Shown here: positions 17,966 through 26,074 of the stretch, in pieces
How positions within the stretch are numbered: position 1 is the first letter of the stretch
How the letters are laid out: the number at the start of each line of letters is the position of its first letter
Origin: a virus
Taxonomy: Duplodnaviria > Caudoviricetes
Reading direction: 5' to 3' (one strand)
Length of the DNA stretch: 39,103 nt
Virus record (IMG/VR): IMGVR_UViG_3300020044_007352
Span: 1 to 39,103 of that record
Program-made: the position numbers and the translations under genes
The notes under the pieces: generated by a model
What the model saw: only the letters and a program-made list of their open reading frames with translations
Told to the model about the DNA's origin: nothing
Database searches by the model: none

Positions 17966-18206
17966 TTGATGATGTATTCAACAGACTGAAAGTAAAGCGC
18001 GGAAGTGAATTACCGCAAGCCAAACTGACAGAGGATGATGTAAGATTAATCCGTCAAGCAGTAGAAGAAAGAGAAAGGCTCAGGGCGGAAGTAAGCCGAC
18101 TGACCAATAAATCATTAGCAGAGTTTTTTAATGTCCATCGTCGTACCATCGACCGCGTTACCGAGGGTTACAACTGGACGCAAATTTAACAGGGGAATTG
18201 ATATGA
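17947..18206 (+). repeat. Perfect 19-bp direct repeat AACAGGGGAATTGATATGA flanking one gene
   Basis: Copies at 17947-17965 and 18188-18206, each containing RBS plus ATG. Confidence 0.95.
17962..18189 (+). CDS. Orphan HTH protein resembling the DNA-binding domain of HNH homing endonucleases
   Basis: 'RGSELPQAKLTEDDVRLIR...SLAEFFNVHRRTIDRV..GYNW'. Confidence 0.65.
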   Translation: MIDDVFNRLKVKRGSELPQAKLTEDDVRLIRQAVEERERLRAEVSRLTNKSLAEFFNVHRRTIDRVTEGYNWTQI

Positions 18207-20434
18207 AATACGAGCAATTTTTACAGAGTAAATCAATAATAGACGAGCCAACTGGGATAAGCGTAGTCCCTGAACTAAACCCCGCATTATTCCCTTTCCA
18301 GCGCGATATTGTGCAATGGGCTTTACAGCGAGGCCGCGCCTGCGTCTTTGCTGACTGCGGAATGGGAAAGACCCCTATGCAGCTTGAGTGGGCGAAGCAT
18401 ATACCGGGTAATGTCTTAATCCTTGCCCCGCTTGCTGTTGCTCAGCAGACAGTCAGGGAAGGCGTTAAGTTTGGCATTGAAGTTAACTACTGCCGGAGTC
18501 AGTCGGAAGTAAAACCGGGGATAACTATCGCCAATTACGAAATGCTAGAGCATTTTGATAATAAATACTTTACCGGGCTAGTGCTGGATGAATCATCAAT
18601 CCTGAAATCCTACGGCGGCGAAACCAGAAAGCAAATAACGGAATTTGCACAGTCTATTGACTTCCGTCTGGCCTGCACCGCAACGCCAGCCCCTAATGAC
18701 CTGATTGAGTTAATCAACCATGCAGAATTTTTAGGCATTATGTCAGGCAAGGAAATCATCGCGTTATTCTTTACGCAAGACGGAAACACTACGCACAACT
18801 GGAGACTGAAAGGACACGCCAAAAAAGACTTCTGGCGCTGGATGTCTCAATGGTCAGTAGCTATCAGAAAGCCATCGGATATGGGCTATGAAGATGGAGA
18901 CTTCGTTTTGCCTGAGCTGGTCTACCACGATATTAACGTCAAGGTCAATAAACCGACTGACGGGTATCTATTCGCAATCGAGGCGCAGACTTTGCAGGAA
19001 AGACTAGAGGCGAGACGGGAAACTATCGATGATAGGGTTTTAGATTGTGCGGCCATTGTGAATAACTCGGCAGAGCAGTTCATTATATGGTGTAACCTCA
19101 ATTCAGAATCGGAAAAGCTGAAAAAATCAATTCCCGGATCAGTAGAGGTTAAAGGCTCGGACACGGTAAAGCACAAAGAAGAGACCGCAATGAAATTCCA
19201 GTCCGGCGAAATAAGAGTTCTGATTAGCAAGCCCACTATCTACGGGTTCGGGCTTAATTTCCAGAATTGCCACAACGTCGTATTTGTCGGATTGTCGGAT
19301 TCATACGAACAGTTCTATCAGGCCGTTCGTAGATGCTGGAGGTTCGGGCAAATAAAACCCGTAAACGCTTACATAATCACAGCAGAAACCGAGGGCGCAG
19401 TATTGAATAATATCAAGCGCAAAGAGCGACAGTCTAACGAAATGTTCAACGAAATAGTAAACCACATGAAAGATTTGCAAATAAATAAAAAGGGGAGACA
19501 GGAAATGAATTACAAAGAGGATGTGGTAACAGGCGATGATTACACTATCTATCTTGGAGACTGCGTGGAGCAAACAAAACGAATAGAGTCTGGATCTGTT
19601 GGACTGACTATATTTAGCCCGCCATTTCCGGGAATGTACGCCTACACCAATTCAAGCAGGGATATAGGTAACACGACTAGTATTGAAGCGATGATGGATC
19701 ATTTTGAGTATTTAATACCGGAGCTTTACCGCGTATCTATGCCGGGCAGAATGTGCTGTATTCACTTGATGCAATTAACCGCGATGCTGAACAGAGACGG
19801 GTATATCGGGATAAAGGACTATCGCGGCGCAGTTATTAACGCGATGATGAAACATAAATGGGTTTATGCCGGGGAAGTTACGATAGACAAAAACCCACAG
19901 ATACAAGCAGTCAGAAACAAAGAACGCGGGCTTTTGTTTAAGACGCTAGCGACCGACTCAAGCCTCATGAGAATGGCGATGGCGGATTACCTAATCTATT
20001 TCCGCAAGCCCGGAGAAAACCCGCAAAAGATACAGGCCGGACAATCCGATAAATATAACCCGGGACAAGGATGGATAACAGAGGAAGAATGGATCGAGTG
20101 GGCGGCCCCGGTCTGGTATCGCCGCACAAAACACTATCCTGGCGGCATACAGGAAACCGACTGCCTGAACGTAAGGCAAGCAAGAGACACGGACGATGAA
20201 AGACATTTATGCCCCCTGCAACTTGGGGTTATAGAAAGGGCGGTTAAGCTATGGAGCGCGCCGGGCGATCTGGTTTTCTCGCCATTTACCGGAGTCGGCT
20301 CCGAGGGCTATCAGGCTCTAAAGTTTGGGCGTAAGTTTGTAGGAATCGAGTTAAAAGAATCCTACTGGAGATCCGCAGCTGAAAATCTTGAATCTGCCAA
20401 GTCTCATAATCAGGATATGTTCAAGTTGTCATGA
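18203..20434 (+). CDS. SF2 (SNF2-like) helicase fused to a beta-class N4C/N6A DNA methyltransferase
   Basis: 'ADCGMGKT', 'LDESS', 'TATP', 'QAVRRCWRFGQ', then 'IFSPPF' ... 'HLCPLQ..VIER' ... 'SPFTGVGS' ... 'GIELKESY'. Start ATG 18203. Confidence 0.85.
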   Translation: MKYEQFLQSKSIIDEPTGISVVPELNPALFPFQRDIVQWALQRGRACVFADCGMGKTPMQLEWAKHIPGNVLILAPLAVAQQTVREGVKFGIEVNYCRSQSEVKPGITIANYEMLEHFDNKYFTGLVLDESSILKSYGGETRKQITEFAQSIDFRLACTATPAPNDLIELINHAEFLGIMSGKEIIALFFTQDGNTTHNWRLKGHAKKDFWRWMSQWSVAIRKPSDMGYEDGDFVLPELVYHDINVKVNKPTDGYLFAIEAQTLQERLEARRETIDDRVLDCAAIVNNSAEQFIIWCNLNSESEKLKKSIPGSVEVKGSDTVKHKEETAMKFQSGEIRVLISKPTIYGFGLNFQNCHNVVFVGLSDSYEQFYQAVRRCWRFGQIKPVNAYIITAETEGAVLNNIKRKERQSNEMFNEIVNHMKDLQINKKGRQEMNYKEDVVTGDDYTIYLGDCVEQTKRIESGSVGLTIFSPPFPGMYAYTNSSRDIGNTTSIEAMMDHFEYLIPELYRVSMPGRMCCIHLMQLTAMLNRDGYIGIKDYRGAVINAMMKHKWVYAGEVTIDKNPQIQAVRNKERGLLFKTLATDSSLMRMAMADYLIYFRKPGENPQKIQAGQSDKYNPGQGWITEEEWIEWAAPVWYRRTKHYPGGIQETDCLNVRQARDTDDERHLCPLQLGVIERAVKLWSAPGDLVFSPFTGVGSEGYQALKFGRKFVGIELKESYWRSAAENLESAKSHNQDMFKLS

Positions 20435-20895
20435 CCACCACCCCCGAAAAGCCACGCACTCGGATGAAGCCCGAAAAAACCTACATCCTGCGCTCAGGCT
20501 TCCAGCTTGCAAACTGCATACGCTACCTCACGGAAGAGGTAACGTTGCCAAGCGACACACAGAAACGCCCTTACGAGGTCATTATCAAGCCGCACGTTAA
20601 CAGCCTATCCGCAGAGCAGCGTGGATGGTTTCACCGCCTCTGCGAAATGATAAGCAACGATACCGGCTACACGCCTGAAGAAGTCAAGATGATGGTGAAG
20701 GAGAGGGAGTGGGGCGCAGACATCAAGACTGGCCCAGACGGCAAGCAATACAAATTCGTCCGGTCATCCGAGCGCAACGAGGAAGGGCGGAAAACGAACA
20801 AGGTCGAATACGGCGCGTTAATCGAAGGGGCTTACAGACTAGGGGCAGACGCGGGGATCGTGCTGCCGAATCCAGATAGGTTTAGACGTGGTTAA
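20431..20895 (+). CDS. ninB: NinB/Orf-like recombination protein
   Basis: 'SLSAEQRGWFH...ISNDTGYTPEEVK.MVK' pattern; precedes ninG. Confidence 0.6.
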   Translation: MTTTPEKPRTRMKPEKTYILRSGFQLANCIRYLTEEVTLPSDTQKRPYEVIIKPHVNSLSAEQRGWFHRLCEMISNDTGYTPEEVKMMVKEREWGADIKTGPDGKQYKFVRSSERNEEGRKTNKVEYGALIEGAYRLGADAGIVLPNPDRFRRG

Positions 20896-21460
20896 GCCAA
20901 AAAAATGCAAGTGTTGCAGCAATGAATTTGTGCCATTACGCCCGTTGCAGCGCGTATGCTCTCCAACTTGTGCGCTTGGCATCGTTAGGGACAAACAAGC
21001 AAAACGAGCCGCCAAGCAACAGCGACAGGACAAGCAGCGGATAAAGACAAAAGCCAAATGGCTAGAAGAAGCGCAGGCGGCATTTAATGCGTTTATTCGC
21101 GCCCGTGACGCGCAGGACTCGTGTATTTGTTGCGGCAAGATACCAGACACAACCGACTGGATGGGCGGGTTATGGGACGCGGGTCATTACCTCAGTCGAG
21201 GGGCTTTCCCTGAATTGCGCTTTGAGGAATTGAACGCGCACAAACAGCTAAAGTCCTGTAACGGCGGTTCTGGTAAATATGCCAAAAAAGGGCGGACAGT
21301 AAATCAGGGTTATCGGGAAAACCTGATTAAGAAAATAGGGCTTGATAAGGTCGAATGGTTGGAATCAAAACATGAGGCGAAAAAGTACAGTATCGAAGAA
21401 ATCAAGGCAATCAAAGAGCATTACAAACAGAAAACCAAACAACTAACAGGGGTCAACTAA
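20888..21460 (+). CDS. ninG: NinG/Rap junction endonuclease
   Basis: CKCC..F.P....Q.VCS..CA; 'AQAAFNAFIRARD..CICCG..DAGHY.SRGA..LRF.E.NAHKQ'. Confidence 0.9.
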   Translation: MVKPKKCKCCSNEFVPLRPLQRVCSPTCALGIVRDKQAKRAAKQQRQDKQRIKTKAKWLEEAQAAFNAFIRARDAQDSCICCGKIPDTTDWMGGLWDAGHYLSRGAFPELRFEELNAHKQLKSCNGGSGKYAKKGRTVNQGYRENLIKKIGLDKVEWLESKHEAKKYSIEEIKAIKEHYKQKTKQLTGVN

Positions 21461-21461
21461 C

Positions 21462-21878
21462 ATGGGATTAAACGAATACGCGGTTTTCAGCGCGGTCATG
21501 AAAGGCTATAGGCACATACCGCAAATAGCCCAGGTTACAAATTTCAACGTAAACCTGATTAAATTCTGCCTAGCCAAACTAGAGGACATTGATATTCTAG
21601 AGTACGCCGGAGAGTACAAACCATATTCACCAAAACCTAAGAAAGCCGCCAAGCCCAAAGTAAAACGCGCCTACACCAAACGCGCCACACCTATCACTGA
21701 CATGGTTATCGAATACATGAAAGCCAGACCGGAGGGCGTATTGTGCCGCGAAATGTCGCAGGCTATCGAAGTCAACCACGCCTCAGTCAGAAACGTGCTT
21801 AATCTTCAGGTCAAGGCGGGGCGAATCGGGACGCGGAAAGAGGAAAATTCGTGCGTTAAATGGTATTTTCTCACATGA
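21462..21878 (+). CDS. Tandem winged-HTH-like protein
   Basis: Two HTH-like halves joined by a Lys/Pro linker. Confidence 0.55.
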   Translation: MGLNEYAVFSAVMKGYRHIPQIAQVTNFNVNLIKFCLAKLEDIDILEYAGEYKPYSPKPKKAAKPKVKRAYTKRATPITDMVIEYMKARPEGVLCREMSQAIEVNHASVRNVLNLQVKAGRIGTRKEENSCVKWYFLT

Positions 21879-22357
21879 TTAGCTACTGGATTTGCTGCCG
21901 CACCCGCTACGGCGATGAATTCAAAAAGCGTGACCGGCTGGAATCGCTAGGCTTTGAAACCTATCTGCCTATCCGTAAGACTGACATCAGGACGCGCCGG
22001 AAGTGCCGAACGGAAATATCGCCACTGTACCCGCCTTATTTGTTCGTCAGGATGATTGAGGGCATAACCGATATTCACCCCGTAAAGCGTGAAACGCAGG
22101 TTGTTATATTCAACGGCGAGGCGGCAAAGCTGACAGAAGCGTTAATGAGACTTATCCGACACAGTGAAAGCGAGGCGAAACAGTTGAAAAGTGAATATGA
22201 CATAGGCGACCAGATAATCCTGAATAACGGCATCCTGAAAGACTACAAAGGCGAGATAATCAAGCTATCCCGCACTGACCGAGCGATTATCAGGGAAATA
22301 ACAACGGGCAAAGAGTTTGAAGTCAGGCTGTCAGACGTGCGCCCTATTTCTGCTTGA
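21875..22357 (+). CDS. NusG/RfaH-family transcription antiterminator
   Basis: NGN domain 'W...RTRYG.E......LESLGFETYLP...SPLYPPYLFVR' plus KOW 'DIGDQIILNNGILKDYKGEI'. Occupies the Q-gene position. Confidence 0.85.
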   Translation: MISYWICCRTRYGDEFKKRDRLESLGFETYLPIRKTDIRTRRKCRTEISPLYPPYLFVRMIEGITDIHPVKRETQVVIFNGEAAKLTEALMRLIRHSESEAKQLKSEYDIGDQIILNNGILKDYKGEIIKLSRTDRAIIREITTGKEFEVRLSDVRPISA

Positions 22358-22382
22358 ATTACAACTGATTGTTTGCTATAAC
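22354..22382 (+). promoter_or_regulatory. Late promoter (PR'-like)
   Basis: TTGAAT-17 bp-TATAAC with an extended -10 TG. Confidence 0.7.
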
Positions 22383-22505
22383 ACATAGAATGTGCATAGT
22401 AGCGGCCAGATGGACTAAAACCATTAGGTTTAACGCTCGCAAAATTTAGGGGAAAGTGTCCCCGATGCAAATGTTTAAAAACCGGTTTCTCCCCTGTTAC
22501 CGGTT

Positions 22506-22538
22506 GCCGCTTCGTAGCCCATCTGCGAGGCGGCTTTT
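22506..22538 (+). terminator. Intrinsic terminator 1 in late leader
   Basis: 12-bp stem GCCGCTTCGTAG/CTGCGAGGCGGC (two G-U pairs) followed by TTTT. Confidence 0.65.
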
Positions 22539-22599
22539 AATTTACCGCTGCGGCCAAGTGCTCGGATTAGCCGGACATGGCGACAATGGCGGTATTATC

Positions 22600-22636
22600 C
22601 CTGCCACTTTCTCCGAAGGGGTGGCAGGTGTTTTTT
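22600..22636 (+). terminator. Intrinsic terminator 2 in late leader
   Basis: CCTGCCAC.../GTGGCAGG stem followed by TGTTTTTT, just before the endolysin RBS. Confidence 0.75.
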
Positions 22637-22646
22637 AAGGTGAATT

Positions 22647-23093
22647 ATGCAGCTTTCCCCAAACTTCACGGCATACGAATTATACAAAAGCGAAACAGCC
22701 GACCGGCTTGGGATTGATAATACTCCTAGCCCCGAAATACTGGACAGGCTGGCACTCGTAGCGGGTAACGTGCTGGAACGTGTCAGAACGCACTACAATC
22801 GGCCTGTGAAGGTAAATTCAGGGTATCGCTGCCTCGAAGTCAACAGGGCGATAGGATCAAAGGATTCAAGCCAGCATACGCAGGGATATGCGGTAGATTT
22901 TGAAGTCCCAGGCATCGACAACCGCGATTTAGCTATCTGGTGCCGTGATAATCTCGACTACGACCAACTGATTTTAGAGTTTTACACGCCCGGAACCCCT
23001 GATTCAGGCTGGTGCCATATCAGCTATACCGGCACAAACCATAGAAAATCTGTATTAACTATCAATAAAAACGGCACAAGGCAGGGCATTTAA
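22647..23093 (+). CDS. Endolysin, peptidase M15A family
   Basis: 'LSPNFT..E...S.TA.R.GIDN.P', 'NSGYRC', 'SQH..G.AVD', 'DQLILE', 'WCHIS'. Confidence 0.9.
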   Translation: MQLSPNFTAYELYKSETADRLGIDNTPSPEILDRLALVAGNVLERVRTHYNRPVKVNSGYRCLEVNRAIGSKDSSQHTQGYAVDFEVPGIDNRDLAIWCRDNLDYDQLILEFYTPGTPDSGWCHISYTGTNHRKSVLTINKNGTRQGI

Positions 23094-23590
23094 TGAACGA
23101 AAGTATATTGCAAGTATTACGCAATACCCTTGAATACGACCCTGAAACCGGCGTTTTTATCAGGCGAAAAAATAACAAAATAGCCGGCACACGGACAAAA
23201 AGGGGCTATATAGAGATAACCGTTAGCCGCAAGCGTTATTATGCGCACAGACTTGCATGGCTTTATCATTATGGCGAATGGCCGAAAGAATATATAGACC
23301 ATATCAATCACAACAAAATTGACAACAGAATTACAAACCTGCGTGAAGCAAATAAGCAAGAAAACCAAAAAAACGGGACATTGCAGAAAAATAATACATC
23401 AGGATTTGTTGGGGTTTACTACAGTAATACGCAAAAAAAGTGGCGCTCTCAGATAAAAGTAAATGGCAGCCTAATACATCTGGGGATTTTTGATACTTTG
23501 CAAGAAGCAGTTGACTCAAGAGCGCAAGCACACAAACGATTTGGATTCCATGAGAATCACGGGAGGCGCTTATCTTCCCCGAACATATAA
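23093..23590 (+). mobile_element. HNH-AP2 homing endonuclease gene
   Basis: 'YDPETG', 'AHRLAW.Y.YGEWP...IDHINH.K.DNRI.NLR', AP2 'NTSG..GV...W...I......HLG.F'. Confidence 0.9.
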
Positions 23591-23826
23591 CCCTCGTACT
23601 TCAGGACTTAGGCTATCTAGCCCTTGTAATCATTGCCCCGTGTACCATTTTTAACACAGTCCAAAGCCTGACGATTGGAATTATGCTAAGAAATCACATA
23701 GAAGTCGACAATATGCGGTTTGAGCGCCTGAATAAAGATATAGGCCGCCACGACTCAGAACTTAACGACCTGAAAACCGAGCGCCTATCCACAATGGCTG
23801 AAGCCTTTAAACACCTTGTAAAATGA
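23572..23826 (+). CDS. Putative holin-like TM + coiled-coil protein with non-canonical start
   Basis: Frame open 23554-23826 with a TM segment 'LGYLALVIIAPCTIF'. GGGAGG lies 5 nt before ATC 23572; ATGA-coupled to the next gene. Confidence 0.5.
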   Translation: MFPEHITLVLQDLGYLALVIIAPCTIFNTVQSLTIGIMLRNHIEVDNMRFERLNKDIGRHDSELNDLKTERLSTMAEAFKHLVK

Positions 23827-24356
23827 CTTTAACCGACCTGATGAAGTATTACATAGTCGCAGGGCTTATAATCCTGCTTTATATCCTTGTCGGGAACGAA
23901 CTATGGGCGGCAGAGCCGGAACAATTAACCCTTATCGAATCACAAGCAGAATCCGCCGCCCGATTATTTAACAATTACGCCTATCCGATAATGTCCTTTA
24001 TCGGTGCGCCCTATTTATCGTGGCGCGTCACGCAATGGCTAAAACTCAGCTACAAGCGCATATACCACAAGAAGCCTCACTGGTTAGCCCTTGACACTAT
24101 TTCGTGGCTAATGGTATTTGCAATGTCATTCCGGGCATGGATAGCCCATAACGGTGACGTGCAAGCCGCTTTATTCATTGCTCTTGCGGTTTCTTTCACG
24201 CACTCCGCCATTGTTAAAGCATTGTTTGCCCACGCGCCAAAACCAATAGCAGACGCGCTTCAGTACGGGGTAAGTGACGACAAAACAATCCTAGCCGCTA
24301 CGGTATTTGGGCGGGATTTACGCAAAGGAAAGCGGGGAATAGATGGACAAGATTAA
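23823..24356 (+). CDS. Multi-TM lysis-module protein (holin candidate)
   Basis: About four hydrophobic segments and a basic C-terminus; in the lysis cassette. Confidence 0.55.
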   Translation: MTLTDLMKYYIVAGLIILLYILVGNELWAAEPEQLTLIESQAESAARLFNNYAYPIMSFIGAPYLSWRVTQWLKLSYKRIYHKKPHWLALDTISWLMVFAMSFRAWIAHNGDVQAALFIALAVSFTHSAIVKALFAHAPKPIADALQYGVSDDKTILAATVFGRDLRKGKRGIDGQD

Positions 24357-24675
24357 ACCCTATTTACCCATAATCCTGCCCGTATTGGCGGGAATTGCCT
24401 TGTTTATATTCTGGGATTACGCGCTTGAGATAGTGCTTGGCCTGTTTGGATTAGGTGCTGTAGCCATAAAGACGCAGAAAACCAAATCAGAACGCGCCGC
24501 CACCATAGCTGACGAACACGAAAACCTAGCCGACGCCCGTATAATTCAATCCATCAACGAACTGAAACAAGCCGAAACAGCGCACGATAAAGCGGTTGAG
24601 ATAGCCGAAAAGGACGATACTACCCCGATACCGGTTAAGGCTGGCGGGGTTAGGCGGTCATTTAAGAGTCAGTAG
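24343..24675 (+). CDS. Putative inner-membrane spanin (Rz-like)
   Basis: N-terminal TM region followed by a coiled coil. Confidence 0.5.
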   Translation: MDKIKPYLPIILPVLAGIALFIFWDYALEIVLGLFGLGAVAIKTQKTKSERAATIADEHENLADARIIQSINELKQAETAHDKAVEIAEKDDTTPIPVKAGGVRRSFKSQ

Positions 24676-24792
24676 AAAGGCTTTAAGCGCGGTTCGGTGT
24701 TCAGGCTTAATCCAGACCTCAACCTGAATCAGTCCGGCGAGGCGCTTCCTTGCGCGTTCGGCGGCTTTGCGTTGATTGGCTGTGGCGGTCAT
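24658..24792 (-). CDS. 44-aa RHH/antitoxin-like DNA-binding protein
   Basis: MTATANQRKAAERARKRLAGLIQVEVWIKPEHRTALKAFLLTLK, similar to the DUF3018/MazE-like pattern; ATGA-coupled. Confidence 0.6.
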   Translation of the reverse strand: MTATANQRKAAERARKRLAGLIQVEVWIKPEHRTALKAFLLTLK

Positions 24793-24983
24793 TTGCTCAA
24801 ATCCAATAAATCAGACTTGAGTTTGTCTTTTGACTCTTGCTCCCACGCTTGGGCTATCTCGTTACGGAATTGTTTGGCGGTCATCCCGGCGCTAATAGCT
24901 TCTTGCACCGCGTTCCATATGGCATCTTCAGCGCGGCTTGGCATGATGACTTTGAGTCCGCACGACATACCCAGAGGCTTCAT
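24789..24983 (-). CDS. Hypothetical moron protein
   Basis: 64 aa; GGAGG RBS, ATGA-coupled. Confidence 0.6.
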   Translation of the reverse strand: MKPLGMSCGLKVIMPSRAEDAIWNAVQEAISAGMTAKQFRNEIAQAWEQESKDKLKSDLLDLSK

Positions 24984-25174
24984 ACTTCACGCCTCCAAGA
25001 GTTCTTTTTTACGCCTTTACTTGTCAGGCGGCACCAGTAGGTCAGGCTGTTGTTTAAGGTTACTTCGCCGTAACCGGTTATAACGTCGGCTGTTGCTTTA
25101 ATGTTATCGGTCATGACGCCAAATTCGTTTTTGAAAGAGTAAAACACTTTGTCTGTCATTTCGCTGTTTGTCAT
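24980..25174 (-). CDS. Hypothetical moron protein
   Basis: 64 aa; AACAGGGGA RBS. Confidence 0.6.
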   Translation of the reverse strand: MTNSEMTDKVFYSFKNEFGVMTDNIKATADVITGYGEVTLNNSLTYWCRLTSKGVKKNSWRREV

Positions 25175-25205
25175 TTTTGCATCCCCTGTTAAGTTGTTTT
25201 GTTAC

Positions 25206-25243
25206 TGTGACTACAGTCTAATCTGTGACAAGTCACAAGTAAA
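25206..25243 (-). promoter_or_regulatory. Moron promoter with palindromic operator
   Basis: TTTACT-17 bp-TAGACT. TGTGAC-AA-GTCACA (25224-25237) lies in the spacer, with an extra TGTGAC at 25206. Confidence 0.65.
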
Positions 25244-25301
25244 TAGGTATCTATAAAATAGTTTTTAATTAAAAACAGGTTTTTAATATAAAATAGCTAT
25301 A

Positions 25302-25718
25302 ATGACGAAAACCCTGATTATCTCGCTTTTTTTACTGCTTACCGGATGCGCCACCGCACCCGAAACCATCAGTTATGCCGACCACGCCGCAAAATACGAG
25401 GCACTCAAAACCGCCCCGATGAAGCGGGTTAGTTTTGAATTTGACGCTGTATGCTATGATTCAGGGATATGTGAGGTTAAGGAATCGAGACTTCAGGACG
25501 CGGTGGATACGATAACGGCACTCAATGACACGGTAGATAGTCTGGTAACGGCAAGCAATACACGCCTGGACGCCATATCACACTGTGAATATGCCGGAAT
25601 CCAGAAAGACCAAGCTATCCGATATATGGAACAGAGCACATCACGAGCAGAGATTGCCGGGACGGTGAAGCAGGTAATTACGGCGCTGACTTGTGGCGCG
25701 TTACTTTGGGCGAAATAA
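25302..25718 (+). CDS. Lipoprotein, putative outer-membrane spanin (Rz1-like)
   Basis: Signal peptide with lipobox LTGC; in the lysis region. Confidence 0.6.
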   Translation: MTKTLIISLFLLLTGCATAPETISYADHAAKYEALKTAPMKRVSFEFDAVCYDSGICEVKESRLQDAVDTITALNDTVDSLVTASNTRLDAISHCEYAGIQKDQAIRYMEQSTSRAEIAGTVKQVITALTCGALLWAK

Positions 25719-25721
25719 CCA

Positions 25722-25737
25722 AGTTTCACATGGAACA
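25722..25737. promoter_or_regulatory. parS-like site
   Basis: AGTTTCACATGGAACA matches TGTTTCACGTGGAACA at 14/16; intergenic. Confidence 0.45.
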
Positions 25738-25742
25738 ATAAC

Positions 25743-25883
25743 ATGCCACTAAAGAAAGGCTACAGCAAGAAAACCATATCCGCGAATATCCGCAAGGAAA
25801 TCAAATCAGGCAAACCGCAGAAGCAAGCTGTAGCGATTGCCTTATCAGTCGCTAAACGGGCAAAGTCCAAAAAGAGGAAATAA
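25743..25883 (+). CDS. Conserved small basic phage protein
   Basis: [46 protein letters not shown], a pattern recurrent near terminase genes. Confidence 0.75.
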   Translation: MPLKKGYSKKTISANIRKEIKSGKPQKQAVAIALSVAKRAKSKKRK

Positions 25884-25885
25884 TC

Positions 25886-26074
25886 ATGGCACACGTCAAA
25901 AAAGATATTAAGCTGATGAAGTCAATGGCCGCAAAAGAAGCGCAACGAGCCGCAGACCTGCGTAAAGCTGGCAAGGCGCGTCAGGCTAAACTGGTAGACA
26001 AAAAGGCCAGAGGCTACATCAACACCGCAACCGAAATGCGGGTAATGAAGCAGAAGGCGAAGAAGAAAAAGTAA
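25886..26074 (+). CDS. Small Lys-rich protein
   Basis: 62 aa; GAGG RBS, TAATG-coupled to terS. Confidence 0.65.
   Translation: MAHVKKDIKLMKSMAAKEAQRAADLRKAGKARQAKLVDKKARGYINTATEMRVMKQKAKKKK

Noticed and set aside
22383-22646. tRNA genes after the late promoter
   Set aside because: No cloverleaf with T-loop GTTC or CCA found; the stems fit leader and terminator hairpins.
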